DNA from: a virus
Virus record (IMG/VR): IMGVR_UViG_3300009503_000002
Direction: 5' to 3' (one strand)
DNA: 64,000 nt
Positions within the stretch are counted from its first letter, which is position 1; each line of letters opens with the position of its first letter. A program made the translations under genes and the position numbers. Below, piece after piece: positions 63,741 to 64,000 of this stretch. Under the pieces are notes generated by a model. It saw nothing but the letters and a program-made list of their open reading frames with translations, was not told the origin of the DNA and searched no databases.

Positions 63741-64000
63741 ATGCAGAAAGGACAGACGACATCGAGTGACTGGATTTTATTGGCATTGGCAATAGCGGGG
63801 GCAGTATTAGTCGTGGCATTCTGTACACGGTGCGCGCCGCTCACGGAAGCTGCAGCTGTACCGCTGCCGATTGTACAGGCGCAGGAAGCTATCTCGGCGC
63901 CCAGCTTGCCGCTAGACGTGAACGCACCGCTTATCTGGCGTGACCATGCGTTGGAGCGCCACGGGTGGGATGCTGTCAGGGCTCGCGAGGCAGTGCGAAA
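63741..64000 (+). CDS. hypothetical membrane-anchored protein, 3' end outside window
   Basis: ATG 63741 follows AGGAGG. TM helix WILLALAIAGAVLVVAF. The frame is still open at the window edge. Confidence 0.45.
   Translation, partial: MQKGQTTSSDWILLALAIAGAVLVVAFCTRCAPLTEAAAVPLPIVQAQEAISAPSLPLDVNAPLIWRDHALERHGWDAVRAREAVR

Overview
The window reads as one continuous tailed dsDNA phage or prophage segment with siphovirus-type architecture: a long tape measure and no sheath gene. I found no host housekeeping genes, rRNA, canonical tRNA, integrase, reverse transcriptase or CRISPR array, so no prophage borders can be called. There are about 90 genes, and all but two are on the + strand. They are tightly packed, with many ATGA/GTGA overlaps, GGAGG-type ribosome-binding sites and several near-consensus TTGACA-17-TAnnnT promoters at module borders.

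Gene order:
- 1-4300: early/accessory region with a tRNA-like element, two divergent Dam-class methyltransferases around an HTH/RHH regulator, and a membrane-anchored restriction-fold nuclease.
- 4300-4960: non-coding tandem-repeat and GT-rich block.
- 4967-7016: four paralogous small genes separated by terminators.
- 7270-13558: coupled operon of a small TM peptide, a MoxR-type AAA+ ATPase, a VWA/zincin protein and five or six tandem Cys-rich paralogs.
- 13578-15553: minus-strand Cys/His-motif gene facing a LuxR-type regulator and a RuvB-like ATPase.
- 15676-16260: candidate small RNA plus an iteron/AT-rich origin-like region.
- 16409-22101: replication/recombination genes (ERCC4 nuclease, RecA-fold ATPase, DinG/XPD helicase, degenerate serine-recombinase-like HTH protein, PD-(D/E)XK nuclease).
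- 22140-36322: head and neck module. It holds the terminase large subunit, a putative portal, a 1219-aa nucleotidyltransferase/ATP-ligase/phosphoesterase-like protein, a CcrM-like methyltransferase, a protease-scaffold-capsid fusion, a GT4 glycosyltransferase, connector proteins and the tail tube.
- 36389-56718: tail module. It holds chaperones with a GGGAAAC -1 frameshift site, a 1675-aa tape measure, a LamG/repeat protein, two more glycosyltransferases, two paralogous beta-helix proteins and fibre proteins.
- 56720-60753: lysis region.
- 60866-64000: promoter-led block of small, partly zinc-ribbon early genes.

All functional calls rest on motifs recognised by eye in the translations. No database search was possible. 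The best candidates for something undescribed are the MoxR/VWA-zincin plus Cys-rich paralog operon, the ligase-containing giant protein in the head module, and the tmRNA-like mini RNA.
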